Shown: positions 1 through 9,782 of the stretch, piece after piece
Layout of the letters: each line of letters opens with the position of its first letter
How positions within the stretch are numbered: the stretch's first letter is position 1
IMG/VR virus record: IMGVR_UViG_3300032285_002448
Span: 1-62,057 of that record
Strand: one strand, 5' to 3'
Length of the DNA: 62,057 nt
Source: a virus
Lineage: Duplodnaviria; Caudoviricetes
Translations under genes and position numbers: made by a program
The notes under the pieces: model-generated
The model's input: only the letters and a program-made list of their open reading frames with translations
Database searches by the model: none
What the model was told of the DNA's origin: nothing

Positions 1-676
1 CAAAGTGTACTTCATATTCCCAAGCAAATGCTCCGGGATCTCCGCTATGGCGTACTGGAAGCAGAAGCGCAGTGAATATTTTAGGTAATAGTAGAGGAGT
101 GTGTAATGTACCGCTCGAATCTAGACTTACAACCTGTGTGCTTGATGTTAGTTTGAATGGCGTTGCTGTATAGTTGGTTAAGCTGTTTGCTATCAACGCC
201 GTAACTGTAGCAGTAGATATTCCACTACCACCTAGCGTTGCAGTAGTCCAGCCAATGGTTCCATTACTGTTATATAGAACACCTACTGTGTTTGAATTTA
301 GCCACGCAGGTTTATTAACTACATCACTCCAGTTACCACTAGAAGCAATTGCCGCAAAGCCTGGCTTGCTACTTAGATTGTTCCAAGTAAATGCAGACTG
401 AGTAACGTATTGAGAATCATTAGTAAACGAACTAACGTTTGTGGGAATAGATGGGATTGTTGGTTTGTTTGCGATGTCTTGCCATAAGCCACTGAACGCT
501 ACTGTAGCAAATGATGGTTTACCTGTTATGCTACTCCAGGTAGGTGTCGGTGCTATCGCTAATCTAAGAGTGTTTAAACTGATTTGATAGTTCGTTCCGC
601 TCGATACTACTGGAAATATAGTATCGCCTGGGGGATTTGCTAGAGTTTGTAGTTGACTAAATTTTATTGATGACAT
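1..676 (-). CDS. Tail fibre-like virion protein, partial (runs off window start; not in supplied ORF track)
   Basis: Manual translation from ATG at 676: MSSIKFSQLQTLANPPGDTIFPVVSSGTNYQISLNTL... It contains repeated WSSITGKP / WQDIANKP / WNNLSSKP / WSDVVNKP fibre motifs. The N-terminus resembles that of 2246..6136, and it starts just after the stop of the S8 gene. Confidence 0.75.
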   Translation of the reverse strand, partial: MSSIKFSQLQTLANPPGDTIFPVVSSGTNYQISLNTLRLAIAPTPTWSSITGKPSFATVAFSGLWQDIANKPTIPSIPTNVSSFTNDSQYVTQSAFTWNNLSSKPGFAAIASSGNWSDVVNKPAWLNSNTVGVLYNSNGTIGWTTATLGGSGISTATVTALIANSLTNYTATPFKLTSSTQVVSLDSSGTLHTPLLLPKIFTALLLPVRHSGDPGAFAWEYEVHF

Positions 677-678
677 TG

Positions 679-2244
679 TTAGAATCCAGATGTAATTGAC
701 CAAGGGTACGGATTATTGAACGGCTGATAAAGCTGTTTATTTGCCGCACCTTGTAATCCAGCAAATTGCACATATCCGGCACCGCCATAATATGTTTCTG
801 ATAGCGTATTTACTAGAGCGTTGTCGTTAATCCATTGTAAGACCTGCCAAGGCTTATACCATGGTCGACTTTCTAGAAGGCATGCAACTACTCCTGTAAC
901 CTGAGGGCATGATTGACTTGTTCCATCTATCTTGTTTAGATAAAATGTTGCTGTAGTACTTGTTGAAATATTTCCACTTCTTTTATCAACGACCGCAGGG
1001 TCTGCATAGGCCTTGTTAAGGTACGCACCCATGATAGCCGCGCCAGGAGCAAATATATCTATCCTAGGGCCAGTGTTTGAAAAACTTATCTTATGTTCAG
1101 GCAGTGAATAGCTGGTAGCTCCAACACAGATAACTCCTGTAGCCGCTCCTGGTGTTGTACCTCTATGATAATAATACTTGGCATTAGTATTATCTATCCA
1201 ATAGTTGTTGTAGTCAGTACCTCCAGGCACATCGCACTTCATAGCTTGATTACCTGCGGCACCTGTAAAAATTATTCCTGCATTTTGACATGCCAGTATT
1301 TCTGCTTCGATAGCAGTGATACGTGCTCCAAACACAGTAGTAGAAGTATTTGCGGCAGGCACACTACCGTCTGAGCTAACTTGTCCGTAGATAGCTTTAG
1401 GGCCAGTTTCTGGATATAGTGTTCCTTGCCAGAATGTACCTGTCATGTTTGCGTACTGTATATCATAACCCCAACTGTTACTACATACTGTTGGACGCTT
1501 GTAACCAGTAGATGTTGTAGGTTTGGAATTGTGCCAGAGACGCATTGTTTGTAGCGCAGATATAGGATCTGTATAAGTCGGTAGTGTAGGATCGATGATA
1601 TTAAAACTATATATACTGGCCTTGCGAGCCCATCCTTGAGTATTGCCGCAAGCTATGCTGGCCACATTAGAACCGTGTCCGTCATTGTCTCCTACCCAAG
1701 ATGTAACACCATTACCTGGTATTACTCCATAGGTTGACCAATTGGTTTCAACTACACGAGTACCACCTGTGCCATCGGGATTTACAGCAAACTCTGGATG
1801 ATATTTTATTATACCTGAATCCATAAACACAACATCAACTCCTGCGCCATCTAGATTAAAAGTAAAAGCCGCATTAGTAGCAGTAGCACCTTGGAAAGGT
1901 TCTGTTTTGCTGATAGTTCTTAATAATCCCCAGTTAACGTCGGTATTGGTATTAGCATATCCGTATTTGGCAAACGTACCTGTTGTAAGTGTAGTTGGTT
2001 TAGGTAATATTCCTAGGTCAGCAGGATCTCTATGTACATCCCATACCCGTGGGTCATTTTTTAATACTTCGGCTTCTTCCGGATATAGATAATAGATACC
2101 ATTATGTAAGCTGTGCTGTAAAGGTCGATCACAGACAATAGGACGATCAGGAACATATTCTGTTCCCCACGATGCAGTTAGATCCTGATGGATACTGGGT
2201 TTATCGTCTGGATCTCGAACAACAACATAATATCTATACTGCAT
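679..2244 (-). CDS. Subtilisin-like S8 serine peptidase with N-terminal prodomain
   Basis: Catalytic triad motifs VFMDSG (D), GHGSNVAS (H) and GTSQSCPQVTG (S), plus oxyanion AAGN. Start moved to ATG 2244, next to the upstream stop at 2246. Confidence 0.9.
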   Translation of the reverse strand: MQYRYYVVVRDPDDKPSIHQDLTASWGTEYVPDRPIVCDRPLQHSLHNGIYYLYPEEAEVLKNDPRVWDVHRDPADLGILPKPTTLTTGTFAKYGYANTNTDVNWGLLRTISKTEPFQGATATNAAFTFNLDGAGVDVVFMDSGIIKYHPEFAVNPDGTGGTRVVETNWSTYGVIPGNGVTSWVGDNDGHGSNVASIACGNTQGWARKASIYSFNIIDPTLPTYTDPISALQTMRLWHNSKPTTSTGYKRPTVCSNSWGYDIQYANMTGTFWQGTLYPETGPKAIYGQVSSDGSVPAANTSTTVFGARITAIEAEILACQNAGIIFTGAAGNQAMKCDVPGGTDYNNYWIDNTNAKYYYHRGTTPGAATGVICVGATSYSLPEHKISFSNTGPRIDIFAPGAAIMGAYLNKAYADPAVVDKRSGNISTSTTATFYLNKIDGTSQSCPQVTGVVACLLESRPWYKPWQVLQWINDNALVNTLSETYYGGAGYVQFAGLQGAANKQLYQPFNNPYPWSITSGF

Positions 2245-2245
2245 C

Positions 2246-5200
2246 TTATAGTCCACGTAAGAACGTTGCTTGGAAGTAAGTGGCTGTTGTACTTACTGGT
2301 AATGTCATTGCCCCTCCAGTGGTTTGGAAGAACCATACTTCAATAAAGTCACTGGATCCATTACATTGTACAATAGCATCAGCTGTACATATTACTCCGC
2401 CGGCGTTATTAGCAAATTTATTACCAGCTTTGTATGCTCCACCGTTTTTGTATATTGAAGTTCCTACTAATCCTGTACCACTGGCAGCTGGTTGAACACT
2501 TGCTGACACTTGATAGAAACCAGGAGTAGTCGGTGTGAATCTAAAGTTTGAAGTATTATCATAGTTGGTAGCAGTGTCATATTCCTTTGACTGAAATTGA
2601 ACTTTTGTTGCAACACCAGAAGCTACGGAACCTTGAGTAGAACTTAGATACGCACTCATTATTGGACCATATCCTAACGGTACAGGAGTTGTACCTGTAG
2701 CTGTTGTGATGTAGAAACTGGTAGCGTTAATTCGACCACCTACACCAAGTCCGCCGTTAGTAACTAACAATGCACCAGAACTTGTTGAAGCACTGGCACT
2801 TGCGTTATTAACAGTTAGTGCGTTAGTAACAATACCACCGTTAAAAATAGTACTTGTTGATAGCTGGATACCATTAACATACACTTTACCTGCTACGTTA
2901 ATATCCTGAGCAACCGATAAACCGCCTGCTACAGAAACAGCACCGTTGAGGTTAGTACCAATGTTAGTACTGGTTGATCCTGTAGCATTGTTAACAAATA
3001 GAGGAGCAGTAATTGTACCGCCGTTGAAAATAGTTGCGGTTGATAAACTGGTACCATTAAGTGTGATACTACCATTAATGTTTACTGGCCCTGTAATACC
3101 CATACCACCTAGCACAACTAAACCGCCTGAACTTGTACCTGTTGAGATTGTACTTGTGGTTAAAATTCTTATTGGGACATAAGCATCACCGCCACGTTTT
3201 GTTGTTGTATCTAAGTTACTTGTAACGTTAATAGTAACAGTTCCTGTTGCGCTAACTGCCGCTGTACCGTTCTGTAACAATGAAGTATCAACACCTTGCG
3301 CAATATTCAATACACCTAAGTTCTTAACAGAATAGGCCATTACTGTTGCAGTATTACTCGATGTTGTAATATCAATTCCAAGATTTGGAATTAGTATTGC
3401 TTCTGTCAATACACGACGACCACGATCAAATAATCCAACGTTAGTTGCTGTGGAAGTTAATGTGCTGTCTGCACCTGCGTTTAAGATAGATCCAACGTTT
3501 ACGGAACCAGCAATACCAACGCCGCCGTCAACTACTAAAGCACCTGTACTTGTACCTGTTGAACCAGAAAGTGCTGTAATATGAACTACGTTAGTTGTGC
3601 TGTTACCTCTGTTAGTAATAGACTGGAATGTACTTGTGTTCCATATAGCATACACACCAGCACTAACTAACGCTACTCGAGTATCTGTACCGCCTTGTAA
3701 TCCAGTTAATGGAGTACCTAAATTTGCTTGAGTAACAACTTGTGATCCGCCTACATACAAGTTTGTACCTACCCACAAGCTCTTAGAAATACCCATGCCG
3801 CCTGCAACAATCACAGCACCCGAGCTGGTTGAATCTACTGCATCTTGCGTTGCGTAGAATGTAGCTGTGTTATATTGTGTAAGTTGTCCTTTACCATCCC
3901 ACTGTGCATACAAGTTGCCTGCACCATCTGACAAGCTGACATAGTTTGATAACGTAGCAATAGCATTACCGTTATATCCACCAATGATAACCTGATTGCT
4001 GGCTGTAGTTAGATTACTACCAGCACCATAACCAATCATAGTGTTATAAGAACCGGTGTTGTTCTGATGAGTATTATTACCAACTACTGTGTTGTAAGAT
4101 CCAGGACGAACTGTACCGTTCTGGATATTGTAACCAATTAACACGTTGTTAGACTGTGCTACTATAGTCTGCTGATTGATGTAACCGCCTAAGATAGTAT
4201 TGTAACTACTTGCACCAACGCCTGGGTATGTTGCTTGACCAAATGCGGCATTATATGTTCCTGATACTACACCAAGACCTGAACCAATACCAACAAATGT
4301 ATTGTTGCCGCCGCTTTGTAAGCTAACACCTGCGTTGTAACCATAAGCAGTATTTTGATCAGCATTAACATTAATCAATGCATTAAATCCTACTGCTGTA
4401 ATATATTTTGCACCATTATTGTTTTGTAGTGCGCCTGCACCAATAGCAATGTTATATGGCTGTGCAGAACCACCAGCACCAATCAACACTCCGTTGATTG
4501 TACTTGGCTCACCTGTAATAATATTCTTACCAACTCCAATGCCGCCCCATACTTGCAAAGCACCTGTTGAAGTTGAAGTTGCAGGCGTTGATGTGTTTAC
4601 GTATAAAGTTGTGTTGGTAATTACTTGACCAACTGCACGTAGTTGCAAATCGTTAGCACTTGAAATAATTGTAACTGCTGTGCCTGTTGTGAATATGTTA
4701 GTTGCTGAGATAACACCATTAACACTTAGGTTACCTGTAATAGTAAAGTTACCATCAACACCTAAGTTCAGTGCTCCATCTTGTGTTACACTCAATCCGT
4801 ATCCAGGACGAACAACACCGTTAGTTGCTGTAGTTGCTGGAGGAATATTTGCCGCGTTAACATCAATAGTACCGTCAACTGCCGCGGCAATTGAGTTACC
4901 AATCTTAACACCGCCAACTAAGAATTTAGTAGCTGTTGTTAATACTTGACTTGGAACACTAACAGTACCTGTTTTGTCAATCTGTAGACCGTAACCAATA
5001 ATGATACCGCCTAGTGTTGCTGTTGTTGCTGTGTTAAGAGTAAATTGTGCCGCTGAACTTAGTGTGCCATCACCTGTAATTGATAGACCGCTACCAATTT
5101 TAATTCCACCAACTGTACTTGTTGTAGCTGTTGTTAGTGCTGTTGCTAGACTGCTTAGAATACCGTTTTGGTCAATGGCCAAGCCCGAACCAACAATAAC

Positions 5201-6136
5201 ACCACCAATACTTGATGTGCTGGCCGGTAACAACTGGAATGATAGTGTGTTGTTAACTGCGATAGTAACTGTCTTAGTACCAGGGTTAGTACTCAATGTA
5301 ACGTTGTTACCTGCAATAAAGTTTAAACTGTCAGTACCACTGGTCGCGCTAATTAAACCTTGACCAGGTACAGAAACTTTACCAAATGCTTTAGAACTTG
5401 CATTATCAACGTAACCTTTAGTTGCCGCATCGGTTGAACCAATTGGTGCTGACAAGTTTGTAATACGCTTACCAGTAACGCTAACGTTACCGCCTGGTGC
5501 TAGGATCAAATCAGCGGCAGGTGTTACAATGTTTGTAGCTGTAAGATAACCTGTTACAACACCAAGTGAATTGAATATGCCAGGAATGGTCATGTTCTGA
5601 CCATCATATGTTATGTTTGTTCCTGTAACTGTAGCTGTATTAAAATAAACAGCAATAGTACCAGTGTTTCCTTTTCCTACATTACCAGATCCACCACCGC
5701 CACCGCCAGTAGAGTCAATTGTAATATTATTTGTTACTGGATCGGCAGTAAGGATAATGTTGTTACCTGCAATCAAGTTGAAACTGCTCATGCCACTCAT
5801 GGCCATGATCTGTGTATTACCAACGTTGATAGTACTAAATGCTGGACCCATGTCCAAAGTACCATCTTGACTTATTGTCAAGTTCTGGCCAACCTTAATT
5901 CCGCCTAATGAATTAGCTGTAGCAATAGCTACAGGGAATGTTGAAGGTAAACCTTGTATATCTGTGTAGGCCGCCGAGTATGCTAAACTGCTTAATCCAG
6001 CTGTAGAGTAAATCTTAATATCGTTGATTGATATCTTGTTAGTACCACCTGTGGAGGTATTAACGATTGGCATTGTATCTCCGGGTCTAATATTTGCCTG
6101 ACTCAGTGATGGAAGCTGTGAAATTTTAATTCCCAT
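2246..6136 (-). CDS. Long tail fibre/adhesin-like protein with C-terminal C1q/TNF-like domain
   Basis: 1296 aa, G/T/S/N-rich. About 6 ATxxxxGGxxxGxGLxxxxDG repeats, about 6 STSTGALxVxGGxG repeats, YadA-like ITNL..P...DAATKGYVD and NxAxG beta-roll repeats. C-terminal FTPTTPGFYQVSASV...DFIEVW resembles C1q-like heads. Confidence 0.8.
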   Translation of the reverse strand: MGIKISQLPSLSQANIRPGDTMPIVNTSTGGTNKISINDIKIYSTAGLSSLAYSAAYTDIQGLPSTFPVAIATANSLGGIKVGQNLTISQDGTLDMGPAFSTINVGNTQIMAMSGMSSFNLIAGNNIILTADPVTNNITIDSTGGGGGGSGNVGKGNTGTIAVYFNTATVTGTNITYDGQNMTIPGIFNSLGVVTGYLTATNIVTPAADLILAPGGNVSVTGKRITNLSAPIGSTDAATKGYVDNASSKAFGKVSVPGQGLISATSGTDSLNFIAGNNVTLSTNPGTKTVTIAVNNTLSFQLLPASTSSIGGVIVGSGLAIDQNGILSSLATALTTATTSTVGGIKIGSGLSITGDGTLSSAAQFTLNTATTATLGGIIIGYGLQIDKTGTVSVPSQVLTTATKFLVGGVKIGNSIAAAVDGTIDVNAANIPPATTATNGVVRPGYGLSVTQDGALNLGVDGNFTITGNLSVNGVISATNIFTTGTAVTIISSANDLQLRAVGQVITNTTLYVNTSTPATSTSTGALQVWGGIGVGKNIITGEPSTINGVLIGAGGSAQPYNIAIGAGALQNNNGAKYITAVGFNALINVNADQNTAYGYNAGVSLQSGGNNTFVGIGSGLGVVSGTYNAAFGQATYPGVGASSYNTILGGYINQQTIVAQSNNVLIGYNIQNGTVRPGSYNTVVGNNTHQNNTGSYNTMIGYGAGSNLTTASNQVIIGGYNGNAIATLSNYVSLSDGAGNLYAQWDGKGQLTQYNTATFYATQDAVDSTSSGAVIVAGGMGISKSLWVGTNLYVGGSQVVTQANLGTPLTGLQGGTDTRVALVSAGVYAIWNTSTFQSITNRGNSTTNVVHITALSGSTGTSTGALVVDGGVGIAGSVNVGSILNAGADSTLTSTATNVGLFDRGRRVLTEAILIPNLGIDITTSSNTATVMAYSVKNLGVLNIAQGVDTSLLQNGTAAVSATGTVTINVTSNLDTTTKRGGDAYVPIRILTTSTISTGTSSGGLVVLGGMGITGPVNINGSITLNGTSLSTATIFNGGTITAPLFVNNATGSTSTNIGTNLNGAVSVAGGLSVAQDINVAGKVYVNGIQLSTSTIFNGGIVTNALTVNNASASASTSSGALLVTNGGLGVGGRINATSFYITTATGTTPVPLGYGPIMSAYLSSTQGSVASGVATKVQFQSKEYDTATNYDNTSNFRFTPTTPGFYQVSASVQPAASGTGLVGTSIYKNGGAYKAGNKFANNAGGVICTADAIVQCNGSSDFIEVWFFQTTGGAMTLPVSTTATYFQATFLRGL

Positions 6137-6156
6137 TTTATTATCCTAAAATTCTA

Positions 6157-7896
6157 TTACCATGTACCTGGTGCATCACCGTTAGCAATAGGTATTCTTA
6201 CCCAGCTATTGGTTGCAACACAAAGGTAAAAATATGATCCGTCGTATGTTACTTCGCCTGGATTACCAGCATCTGTGCTTGATCCAAGTGTCGATGGACC
6301 TCGGCTGGTTATTCTTCCTCCAGTTGTTCCTGCTGTTGCACTTAATACACCACTACCATCTATTGCTAAACCATTACCAACAATGATACCACCAACTGTG
6401 GAGTTTGTAGCAGTAGTAATAACTGCGGCTGTTGTTTGTGAACTACCATCAGGGAATGTAATACCCCCTGCTCCATTAACTTGTAAATTACCTGCAATCG
6501 TTAAGTTGCCATTCTTACGCAACAGCATTTTACTTGACCAACCAGTAGTTGCGATTGGGCTGTTATATACACCAGCATCAAATAAATTTGAACCTACGTT
6601 ACTATCGCCGACGATACGTAAACTAAAGTTAGTTGCATCAGTTGCAAGACCTGCGTTCAAGAACGGGTTAGTTCTTAATATTAATGCGTTGTTTCCAACT
6701 TGGCTTAGGATTGTATTATAAACACGAACTACACCGCTGGTTGGGCGTAGAACTAAATCTTCATTTGGATTTAATGTACCTAATTCATTAATGTTAAAAG
6801 TAATGTCTTGGATACCGTTGTTCACGTTAGCAGTAACAGTACCATCGCCACTGGCTGTTAGTCCAGGCCCAATTTTAATAAGACCTAGTGTACTGGTAGT
6901 AGCAGTAGATACCGCACGAGTATCAACACTAATAGTGCCATCACTGCTGGCCTGTATACCTGCACCAATCTTAACAACACCAAGCGCAACGTTAGTTGCT
7001 GTAACTGTTGCACTGAATGTGCTACGTTGTGTAATTTGTCCTTGTAGATCTGAATAGTTTAAAACAACATCGCCAGTTCGTCCTGCAACACTAACAACTT
7101 CAGAAACTAGACCGTCAATCTTATCCCAATTGCCACCGTTGAACAACGCAAGGTCGCCAACGTTCCAAACTGCTATGCCATCTAGATTAGTTGTTCCCGC
7201 AAAACTAACTTTATAGTAACTGCCTTTAGTTCCTGTAGAAGCAGTTAGCACTGGACGGTTTGTGCTTGCGTTCCAAGTACCTGCATAATTTAATGCACCT
7301 AACACAGCGTCTGATAATTGTGTTAAAGGAATATGGCCCTGTGCATCTAATGTGGCAATACCGTTTGGCTGTCCTTCTAAGAATGCGTTAGCCGGAGTAT
7401 ATCCTAATGCTGTTTCTATATCTGTAGTAGAAAGAGTTACTTGGCCACTTCTGTTGTTGAATAAAGTCACACCTGCATTGCTAAGGATGCCAAGTTGATT
7501 TATAGATAAACCGTTACCTACACGAACACCACCGATAACAGTTGGACTGGCAGTTGGCAAGACATAAGCGGCAGCGGCTGAAATTACTCCGTTTCTATCA
7601 ATAGAAATGCCAGCACCAATCTTAACGCCACCAATTGTTGCAGTTGTAGCAGTTGTTAAACTGGCACTAATAATGTGTGTACTTGAGTTGTAAAAATATT
7701 GTATTCCGTAATCAGTATTAGATTGTGTAAAGGCAGGCGCTACAACATCGATAATAGCATTGGTATTAAATCCAGATGTGGCTCCTAAAATTTGGAAGTT
7801 TTGATTAACTTTCCAAAATGCTGTTCTTAGACTGTCGCCGTCCCCTTTATTAGCAGATGTTCCAGTGTTAATTACGAGTATTGTTGCTGTTGTCAT
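6157..7896 (-). CDS. Tail fibre / baseplate-attached fibre protein
   Basis: N-terminal INTGTSANKGDGDSLRTAFWKVNQNF resembles the T4 gp9/gp10-type N-terminal motif. Five ATxxxxGGxxxGxG repeats, a VxSVAGRTGDVVL motif, and C-terminal GEVTYDGSYFYLCVATNSWVR. Confidence 0.8.
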   Translation of the reverse strand: MTTATILVINTGTSANKGDGDSLRTAFWKVNQNFQILGATSGFNTNAIIDVVAPAFTQSNTDYGIQYFYNSSTHIISASLTTATTATIGGVKIGAGISIDRNGVISAAAAYVLPTASPTVIGGVRVGNGLSINQLGILSNAGVTLFNNRSGQVTLSTTDIETALGYTPANAFLEGQPNGIATLDAQGHIPLTQLSDAVLGALNYAGTWNASTNRPVLTASTGTKGSYYKVSFAGTTNLDGIAVWNVGDLALFNGGNWDKIDGLVSEVVSVAGRTGDVVLNYSDLQGQITQRSTFSATVTATNVALGVVKIGAGIQASSDGTISVDTRAVSTATTSTLGLIKIGPGLTASGDGTVTANVNNGIQDITFNINELGTLNPNEDLVLRPTSGVVRVYNTILSQVGNNALILRTNPFLNAGLATDATNFSLRIVGDSNVGSNLFDAGVYNSPIATTGWSSKMLLRKNGNLTIAGNLQVNGAGGITFPDGSSQTTAAVITTATNSTVGGIIVGNGLAIDGSGVLSATAGTTGGRITSRGPSTLGSSTDAGNPGEVTYDGSYFYLCVATNSWVRIPIANGDAPGTW

Positions 7897-8148
7897 TTAT
7901 TTTAATCCTGCTAATCGTTTCATAGTGTCCAAATCCTGTTGTTCAACTGAAACTTCTGTATTTTCTTGCACTACCTGTGTTTCAGTATCTACATATCCGC
8001 CAGTCTGCATAGGAATATCCAAAACAAAACTACGTAAAAAGCTCATACTGCGGTCTACAGTAGGCTGAGGAATTGGTACTGAGCGACTTTCTTTTATCGC
8101 TTTGGCGTCTGTAGCTATTTCTTGTAAAATGGTCTTTTGGCGGTTCAT
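7897..8148 (-). CDS. Small hypothetical protein ending in MKRLAGLK (possible virion protein)
   Basis: 83-aa ORF abutting the fibre gene and preceded by a TAAATA box 6 nt upstream. Confidence 0.65.
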   Translation of the reverse strand: MNRQKTILQEIATDAKAIKESRSVPIPQPTVDRSMSFLRSFVLDIPMQTGGYVDTETQVVQENTEVSVEQQDLDTMKRLAGLK

Positions 8149-8154
8149 ACATGG

Positions 8155-8160
8155 TATTTA
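8155..8160 (-). promoter_or_regulatory. T4-late-like promoter box (TAAATA) heading the fibre operon
   Basis: Minus strand reads AATAAATA-CCATGT-ATG, with the ATG at 8148. Confidence 0.55.
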
Positions 8161-8173
8161 TTGGTTTGAGCTC

Positions 8174-8203
8174 TTGATTAAACCATTGTGAATGTGCTAT
8201 AAT
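8174..8203 (+). promoter_or_regulatory. Candidate sigma70 promoter for the HNH gene
   Basis: TTGATT-N18-TATAAT with an extended -10 TG (TGcTATAAT). Confidence 0.45.
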
Positions 8204-8239
8204 AGAGCTGTAATCAAGCACCCAATAAATAGTTTTATC

Positions 8240-8758
8240 ATGGATACTCTAGTTTTAAACACGGACGGAAGCCCAGTGTCAATGCTTCCACTTAGCGCAA
8301 TCAATTGGCAAGAAGCCATAAAATACATGGTCTTAGACAAGGCCCATGTGTTAGAGTGGCACGAAGATTGGATTGTGAGATCAGCTCGCTGGGAAACTCG
8401 CGTGCCTGCCGTAATTATGGTAAAAGAATACATGAAGAAGAAATCTGGCATTCGTTATTCAAAACAGAATGTATTTCTTCGCGATGGGTACACATGTCAA
8501 TACTGCGGCACCGATGTAAACCGCCGTACTGCTACTCTAGACCATTTGATCCCTGTTTCTAAGGGCGGAAAGTCAGTGTGGGAAAACGCTGTTTGTGCTT
8601 GTTCTAAGTGTAACAGTCACAAAGGCAATAAATCTGGGTTCAAGCCAAGAAAAATGCCTCACAAGCCTAGCTATTATGAATTAGTGGAAAGACGCAAGCA
8701 GTTTGAATTCCACTTGGCACATCCTAGCTGGGGTCCTTACCTAGGTTTAGAGAGCTAA
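8240..8758 (+). CDS. HNH endonuclease (McrA-like)
   Basis: RDGYTCQYCG...TLDHLIPVSKGG..WEN.VCAC.KCN..KG motif. Start set at MDTLVLN (8240), 8 nt after a TAAATA box. Confidence 0.9.
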   Translation: MDTLVLNTDGSPVSMLPLSAINWQEAIKYMVLDKAHVLEWHEDWIVRSARWETRVPAVIMVKEYMKKKSGIRYSKQNVFLRDGYTCQYCGTDVNRRTATLDHLIPVSKGGKSVWENAVCACSKCNSHKGNKSGFKPRKMPHKPSYYELVERRKQFEFHLAHPSWGPYLGLES

Positions 8759-9554
8759 TCCAATCTGGAAGTAGCGTTGTAGCAGACCATCCAAGTAATT
8801 CTTTTGCTTGGGTGGTATCCGCACAAGTTTCTTTAGCATAGCCCAATAACTCTTGCTCTGTAATAATTGGGCAGTTAAACAAGGGTGCAATTTCAGCCAG
8901 GCTCCAACTTTGACCTGTGCCTAGATCTATAGTAGTGTAAGGCGGAGCTTTATCTACTGCTAGAATTAATGCTCGGGCAACATCATCAACGTGAACAAAG
9001 TCCCTACGCTGTTGTCCATTACCACGAACTAAGATTGGTTTGCCGTTTAAGGCTGAGTGTAGCCAATTGCCTATTACTAATCCGTTGTCTCCGTATGGAG
9101 CATCTTCTCCATAGCAGGTAAAGATACGACAAATAGTATAACGTAGACCCATTGAACGACTATAGGCTTCTATCACTTGCTCGCCAGACTGCTTTGTCCA
9201 GCTGTAGGGATTGAGCGGACCTGTGCCATCACCGTAGACTGAGCTAGAACTGGCAAACACTAGGTGTACTCCAAATGTAGCACATGACTGAGCAATGTAT
9301 TCAGTTAATTCAATATTGTCTTTGATATAAGCTGAAGGCGATCCCCAACTTGTAGGAATTCTAGGACGAGCCGCAAGATGTATAACTGCATCAGCATCAG
9401 TTAAGGCGTATTGGAACTCCCGTCTGCCCTCTGGACTATTAAGGTCGTAGTTGCTTCTACGATCAAAGCCGTAGTATCCAATATCTGATTTATCAAGCTG
9501 TTGGCAAACATGTCGCCCAATCCAGCCATCGCTTCCTGTTACTATTATATTCAT
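8724..9554 (-). CDS. NAD-dependent epimerase/dehydratase (extended SDR)
   Basis: TGSDGWIG Rossmann motif, [18 protein letters not shown] (YxxxK) and RDFVHVDD. Confidence 0.9.
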   Translation of the reverse strand: MNIIVTGSDGWIGRHVCQQLDKSDIGYYGFDRRSNYDLNSPEGRREFQYALTDADAVIHLAARPRIPTSWGSPSAYIKDNIELTEYIAQSCATFGVHLVFASSSSVYGDGTGPLNPYSWTKQSGEQVIEAYSRSMGLRYTICRIFTCYGEDAPYGDNGLVIGNWLHSALNGKPILVRGNGQQRRDFVHVDDVARALILAVDKAPPYTTIDLGTGQSWSLAEIAPLFNCPIITEQELLGYAKETCADTTQAKELLGWSATTLLPDWISSLNLGKDPS

Positions 9555-9766
9555 TGTCTGTATACAATCCTGCCTTTAGTCAGGTCATACGCACTCATTT
9601 CTACTTTAACATTGTCACCTAACAATATTTGAATGCGGTTTTGTCTAATCTTCCCAGATACATGGGCTAGAATTAGAATCCCATTATCTAGCAATACTCT
9701 AAACATTGCATTGGGTAGTACTTCTTCTACTTTACCTATTACGGTAATAACATCATCTTTTGCCAC
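9551..9766 (-). CDS. infA: Translation initiation factor IF-1
   Basis: MAKDDVI...[56 protein letters not shown] is canonical IF-1. GTG start with AAGGAG SD. Confidence 0.97.
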   Translation of the reverse strand: MAKDDVITVIGKVEEVLPNAMFRVLLDNGILILAHVSGKIRQNRIQILLGDNVKVEMSAYDLTKGRIVYRQ

Positions 9767-9782
9767 GGGGCCACTTTCTCCT

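Noticed and set aside
174-7057. Many plus-strand ORFs of 60-150 aa opposite the fibre and S8 genes
   Set aside because: They are antisense shadows of Gly/Thr/Ala-rich codon repeats (P/V/L-rich translations) with no motifs or SD sites.
8240-8758. HNH gene as an intron-encoded or mobile homing element
   Set aside because: It is free-standing, interrupts no gene, and has no visible intron structure or flanking repeats.
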